DNA from: an uncultured Nitrospiraceae bacterium
GTDB taxonomy: Bacteria > Nitrospirota > Thermodesulfovibrionia > Thermodesulfovibrionales > Dissulfurispiraceae
Length of the DNA: 31,130 nt
Direction: 5' to 3'
NCBI GenBank assembly: GCA_947085205.1
Contig: CAMTVO010000054.1
Span: forward strand, 1-31,130
Shown here: in pieces, positions 27,295-31,130 of the stretch
Layout of the letters: every line of letters starts with the position of its first letter
Numbering within the stretch: the first letter of the stretch is position 1
Position numbers and translations under genes: made by a program
Notes under the pieces: model-generated
Databases searched by the model: none
The model's input: only the letters and a program-made list of their open reading frames with translations
Told to the model about the DNA's origin: nothing

Positions 27295-29265
27295 TTACAA
27301 TCTTCCCTTCAGCAGGTCATCAACAACTGAAGGGTCTGCAAGCGTGGATGTATCTCCTAAGTCTTCCACTTCTCCCTTCGCAATCTTTCTGAGTATTCTT
27401 CTCATTATTTTACCGCTCCTTGTCTTAGGAAGTCCGGGTGCAAATTGTAATTTGTCAGGCGTCGCTATCGGGCCTATGATTGTCCTTACATGCCCCACGA
27501 GTATCTTTTTAAGTTCGTCTGTCGGCTGCTGCCCTTCTTTGAGGGTTACATACACATATATTCCCTCTCCCTTTATCTCATGCGGAAATCCTACTGCCGC
27601 TGCCTCTGCAACCGCCTCATGGCTGACAAGCGCTGATTCGACTTCCGCTGTCCCAAGTCTGTGTCCTGAGATGTTGATGACGTCGTCTATTCTTCCCATG
27701 AGCCAGTAGTCGCCGTCTTCGTCTATCCTTGCTCCGTCACCGGTGAGGTATTTGCCCGGGAATCTTGAGAAATATACTTCTTTTACTCTCTTGTTTTCAG
27801 GGTCTCCGTATGTCCCTCTTATCATTCCCGGCCATGGCTTTTCTATTACGAGGCAGCCTCCTTCGTTAATCCCTGCCGGTTCTCCTTTCTCATTTAAGAT
27901 GGCAGGGACTACGCCAAAGAACGGCCTGTTTGCAGAGCCCGGTTTTAGTGTCATTGCCCCCGGCAGAGGGGTTATCATAAAACCTCCTGTTTCTGTCTGC
28001 CACCATGTGTCAACTATCGGCAATTTGCCCTTGCCTACATATGTGTGATACCACATCCATGCCTCTGGATTTATAGGTTCTCCAACACTTCCAAGAACCC
28101 TTAAAGACGAAAGATCATGCCTTGTAACCCAGCTCTCTCCCTCTTTCATTAATGCCCTTATCGCTGTAGGAGCGGTATAAAATATATTCACCTTGTGTTT
28201 ATCCACAATATCCCAGAATCTTCCGTGATTGGGGTATGATGGAATCCCTTCAAACATGATACTGGTTGCGCCGCTGCTCAATGGTCCATAAACGATATAA
28301 CTGTGCCCTGTAACCCATCCAATATCAGCGGTGCAGAAATGGATGTCTTCGTCATGATAGTCAAAAGTCCATTTGAAAGTAAGATTGGCATAAACAAGAT
28401 AACCTCCAGTTGTGTGAAGCACGCCCTTTGGTTTTCCTGTTGAGCCTGATGTATAAAGAATAAAAAGCGGATCCTCTGCGTCCATCCATTCAGGCTCACA
28501 ATAATTGGCAATATCAGAGGCCTTTATCTCGTCATGCCACCATATGTCCCTGTTAGGCTCCATGTCTGCGCCGTCTGTTCTTTTTACTACTATGACTTTT
28601 TCTATTGTCGGGCATTCTTGAAGAGCTGTATCTGCATTTGCCTTCATGGGAACCAGCCTTCCGCCCCTTACTCCCCTGTCTGATGTAATCAACAGCCTTG
28701 CCTGGCAGTCCTGTATCCTGTCCCTTAATGCCTGCGCGCTGAATCCTCCGAATACTATGCAGTGTATTGCTCCTATCCTTGCGCACGCAAGCATGGCTAT
28801 TGCAAGCTCCGGGATCATGGGTAGATATATTGTTACCCTGTCTCCTTTTTTGATTCCGTGTTTTTTAAGGACATTGGCAAATCTGTTGACTTCATAGTAA
28901 AGCTGCTGATAGGTGTAGGTCTTGTAGCTCCCGTCATCAGCTTCCCATATGATGGCCGCCTTGTTCCTTACGGGTGTGTTTATGAATCTGTCAAGGCAGT
29001 TGTAAGAGGCGTTGAGTTTGCCTCCTATGAACCATTTGATTTCGGGCTTCTCAAAGCTCCATTCCAGTACCCTGTCCCATTTCTTAAACCATGTGATGTG
29101 GGTTTCAGCCATCTCCGACCAGAAGCCTTCGGGGTCTTCCACCGACCTCTTATACATCACCTCGTAGTCCTTCATGCTCTTGATGTGAGACCTTTCGCTG
29201 AATTCCTTCGCCGGCGGAAATGTCCTCTTCTCCGCCAGCAATACATCTATGCTCTCTTTTGTCAT
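27295..29265 (-). CDS. acs: Acetyl-CoA synthetase (AMP-forming)
   Basis: [39 protein letters not shown]. Confidence 0.97.
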   Translation of the reverse strand: MTKESIDVLLAEKRTFPPAKEFSERSHIKSMKDYEVMYKRSVEDPEGFWSEMAETHITWFKKWDRVLEWSFEKPEIKWFIGGKLNASYNCLDRFINTPVRNKAAIIWEADDGSYKTYTYQQLYYEVNRFANVLKKHGIKKGDRVTIYLPMIPELAIAMLACARIGAIHCIVFGGFSAQALRDRIQDCQARLLITSDRGVRGGRLVPMKANADTALQECPTIEKVIVVKRTDGADMEPNRDIWWHDEIKASDIANYCEPEWMDAEDPLFILYTSGSTGKPKGVLHTTGGYLVYANLTFKWTFDYHDEDIHFCTADIGWVTGHSYIVYGPLSSGATSIMFEGIPSYPNHGRFWDIVDKHKVNIFYTAPTAIRALMKEGESWVTRHDLSSLRVLGSVGEPINPEAWMWYHTYVGKGKLPIVDTWWQTETGGFMITPLPGAMTLKPGSANRPFFGVVPAILNEKGEPAGINEGGCLVIEKPWPGMIRGTYGDPENKRVKEVYFSRFPGKYLTGDGARIDEDGDYWLMGRIDDVINISGHRLGTAEVESALVSHEAVAEAAAVGFPHEIKGEGIYVYVTLKEGQQPTDELKKILVGHVRTIIGPIATPDKLQFAPGLPKTRSGKIMRRILRKIAKGEVEDLGDTSTLADPSVVDDLLKGRL

Positions 29266-29282
29266 ACTTTGCCTCCTTCCTT

Positions 29283-29594
29283 TTATTTATTATTAACTCC
29301 TGCGCCGAATAGCAAGATGAGCAGTATTCTCAAAGTAAATATAATTATAACCGAAAAAATAGGAATACAACCCTCAATATTTCCCCAGAAGGTTCCCTCC
29401 TTTCCCGGAGAAACCCTTGCAAAAGGGAAAATCGTTCTTGAAACCTTATATACAGGCTCTGTAAACTTCATGAAAAAGCTTAACATAAAATTATTTCTAT
29501 TGCTCGTAAATAGAGAAAGAATAACCCTTCCTATTACAAGCCACATAAAGAGCGAGAGCGTATAGTTAGCTATTAATATAATCCATGCTTTCAT
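29283..29594 (-). CDS. YggT-like small membrane protein
   Basis: Two hydrophobic segments, R.ILS.F...N....F..FTEPV pattern. Confidence 0.65.
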   Translation of the reverse strand: MKAWIILIANYTLSLFMWLVIGRVILSLFTSNRNNFMLSFFMKFTEPVYKVSRTIFPFARVSPGKEGTFWGNIEGCIPIFSVIIIFTLRILLILLFGAGVNNK

Positions 29595-29611
29595 TTTTTA
29601 TAATTATAAGC

Positions 29612-29645
29612 TTGACAGGGACACAATCGCTTGTGTCCCTGTCAA
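29612..29645. terminator. Perfect 15-bp hairpin downstream of symporter
   Basis: TTGACAGGGACACAA-TCGC-TTGTGTCCCTGTCAA; no strong U-tract on the minus strand. Confidence 0.7.
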
Positions 29646-29658
29646 AATATCATTTAAA

Positions 29659-31130
29659 TCAGTGACTCTTCAGCGACTCGTGCACCTCTTCGCCTTTTAA
29701 TGCGCCCTTAGGGTACCTTACGCTGTCGACAAAGTCCTGTATCTCCTGCGAAGGCGGCGGTGTAAACTTGGAGACCAGCCATATTGTTAAGAACCCTGCC
29801 GGCAGTCCGAATATACCTGCGCCTACTGTCTTTATGCCGAACCAGTCAACACCGTAAAATCTGCTTCCTACGATGTAGAAGATTGTTATTCCGAGACCCA
29901 CCAATATCCCTGCAACTGCAGCAGGTCTTGTTGCCCTCTTATACCATATTCCCATGACCAATGCAGGAAAGAATGAGGCTCCTGCAAGAGAGAACGCCCA
30001 TGCAACGAGTTCAACAATAATTGCCAGTTTGTATTGCGCCACCCATGCGCCTAACAGAGCCACAAACACAAGAAGCGCTCTTGAAATGGTGAGCCTTAAT
30101 GTTGTGGATGCCTTTGGATTTATCTGCTTGAAGTATAAGTCATGCGAAAGCGCATTTGCTATAACAAGAAGCAGACCGTCCGCTGTTGAGAGCGCTGCTG
30201 CAAGGCCTCCTGCTGCGACCAGACCCGCTATAACATAGGGCAGACCGGCTATTTCAGGCGTTGCAAGAACGACTGCGTCCGGACGCAGGATAATCTCTGC
30301 AAACTGGAGTATGCCGTCGCCGTTCATATCTTTAACGGAAACCAATCCGACCTTTGCCCATGATGCAACCCAGCCTGGAAGCGCTGCAAACTGCTGCCCG
30401 ACAAGATTGCTCAATACCTCCCATCTTGCAAATGCAGCATAAGCAGGAGCTGTAAAGTAAAGCAGGAATATGAAGAACAATGCCCAGCCCACAGATGACC
30501 TTGCCTGTTTAACAGACGGCGTTGTGTAAAACCTCATTAAAATATGCGGAAGTCCTGCTGTGCCGACCATTAGACAGAAGGTAAGAATGAGCATGTTTTT
30601 CATGTCCATTCTTGCAAACGGTTGAACATAAGGCTTCGGCGTTTTTGCACTGCCGTCTGCAGCCTTCTTTGACTCTGTCCATTTTTCCTTTGCCTCTTCA
30701 GGCGTCTTTGGAAGCGCTTTTATCTGTTTTTCAATTGCCTCTTTTTCTTTAGCAGGCACGTCTGCAGGCAGCGCCGCTAATTTATCCTGAAGCTTTTTTC
30801 TTTCCACATCAAGACTTGCAGGCAACCCCTTTATCTTTGCATCAATGTCCTGCGCCTGCTTTTTCCATAAATCCCGAACCTCCTGCTCCTTAGGGCTGAC
30901 TATAATCTCTTTTTCTTTTGCATCAATCTTCTGGAGGACCTGTCCATACATAATCTGCGGCACCGGCACGCCTGTAACCTTTGTTGACATAACAACAACA
31001 GGAATCAGATATGCGATAATCAGAATGATGTACTGCGCCACCTGCGTCCAGGTCACCGCGCGCATGCCGCCGAGGAAGGAACAGAGCAGGATCCCGGACA
31101 GACCAACGAACACTCCGATACCGAAGGGGA
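29659..31130 (-). CDS. Sodium:solute symporter, ActP/VC_2705 subfamily (5' end outside window)
   Basis: GGMRAVTWTQVAQY, GTAGLPHILMRFYT, AAGGLAAALSTADGLL; frame open to the window edge; adjacent to acs. Confidence 0.9.
   Translation of the reverse strand, partial: PFGIGVFVGLSGILLCSFLGGMRAVTWTQVAQYIILIIAYLIPVVVMSTKVTGVPVPQIMYGQVLQKIDAKEKEIIVSPKEQEVRDLWKKQAQDIDAKIKGLPASLDVERKKLQDKLAALPADVPAKEKEAIEKQIKALPKTPEEAKEKWTESKKAADGSAKTPKPYVQPFARMDMKNMLILTFCLMVGTAGLPHILMRFYTTPSVKQARSSVGWALFFIFLLYFTAPAYAAFARWEVLSNLVGQQFAALPGWVASWAKVGLVSVKDMNGDGILQFAEIILRPDAVVLATPEIAGLPYVIAGLVAAGGLAAALSTADGLLLVIANALSHDLYFKQINPKASTTLRLTISRALLVFVALLGAWVAQYKLAIIVELVAWAFSLAGASFFPALVMGIWYKRATRPAAVAGILVGLGITIFYIVGSRFYGVDWFGIKTVGAGIFGLPAGFLTIWLVSKFTPPPSQEIQDFVDSVRYPKGALKGEEVHESLKSH

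Noticed and set aside
28858..29565. 235-aa plus-strand ORF and other long antisense ORFs (11923..12498, 12823..13380, 21199..21708, 25652..26140)
   Set aside because: Shadows of well-supported genes on the opposite strand, with no motifs or SD.

Overview
Mostly core bacterial chromosome. Gene content and order suggest Nitrospirota/Thermodesulfovibrionia, which is inference only. The left ~1.8 kb is a collapsed defence locus: type I R-M hsdM, hsdS and hsdR and a type III Mod-like methyltransferase survive only as short N- and C-terminal stubs fused across at least four internal deletions. It also holds an apparently intact DUF4258/DUF2283 pair and a REP-filled miniature inverted-repeat element. 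Next come apgM and tRNA-Lys(CTT), followed by an integrase-less ~0.7 kb islet (RelE-like toxin plus excisionase-type HTH) closed by a variant tRNA 3' half. Core genes follow: metallophosphoesterase-nusB-ribH, RDD-mreBCD-mrdA-rodA, a secreted 4x Ig-like repeat protein, ftsY, accA, dnaE, a cysC-like kinase, an isochorismatase-family hydrolase, uvrB, purF, an M29 aminopeptidase, cutA, hisD, acs, a YggT-like protein and a partial ActP/VC_2705-type symporter. Two patterns recur across the window: heptamer repeat tracts, some palindromic and some in frame inside nusB, mrdA and dnaE, and -10 boxes 5-10 nt before SD-less start codons (probable leaderless mRNAs). All family calls come from motif recognition by eye; no searches were run.
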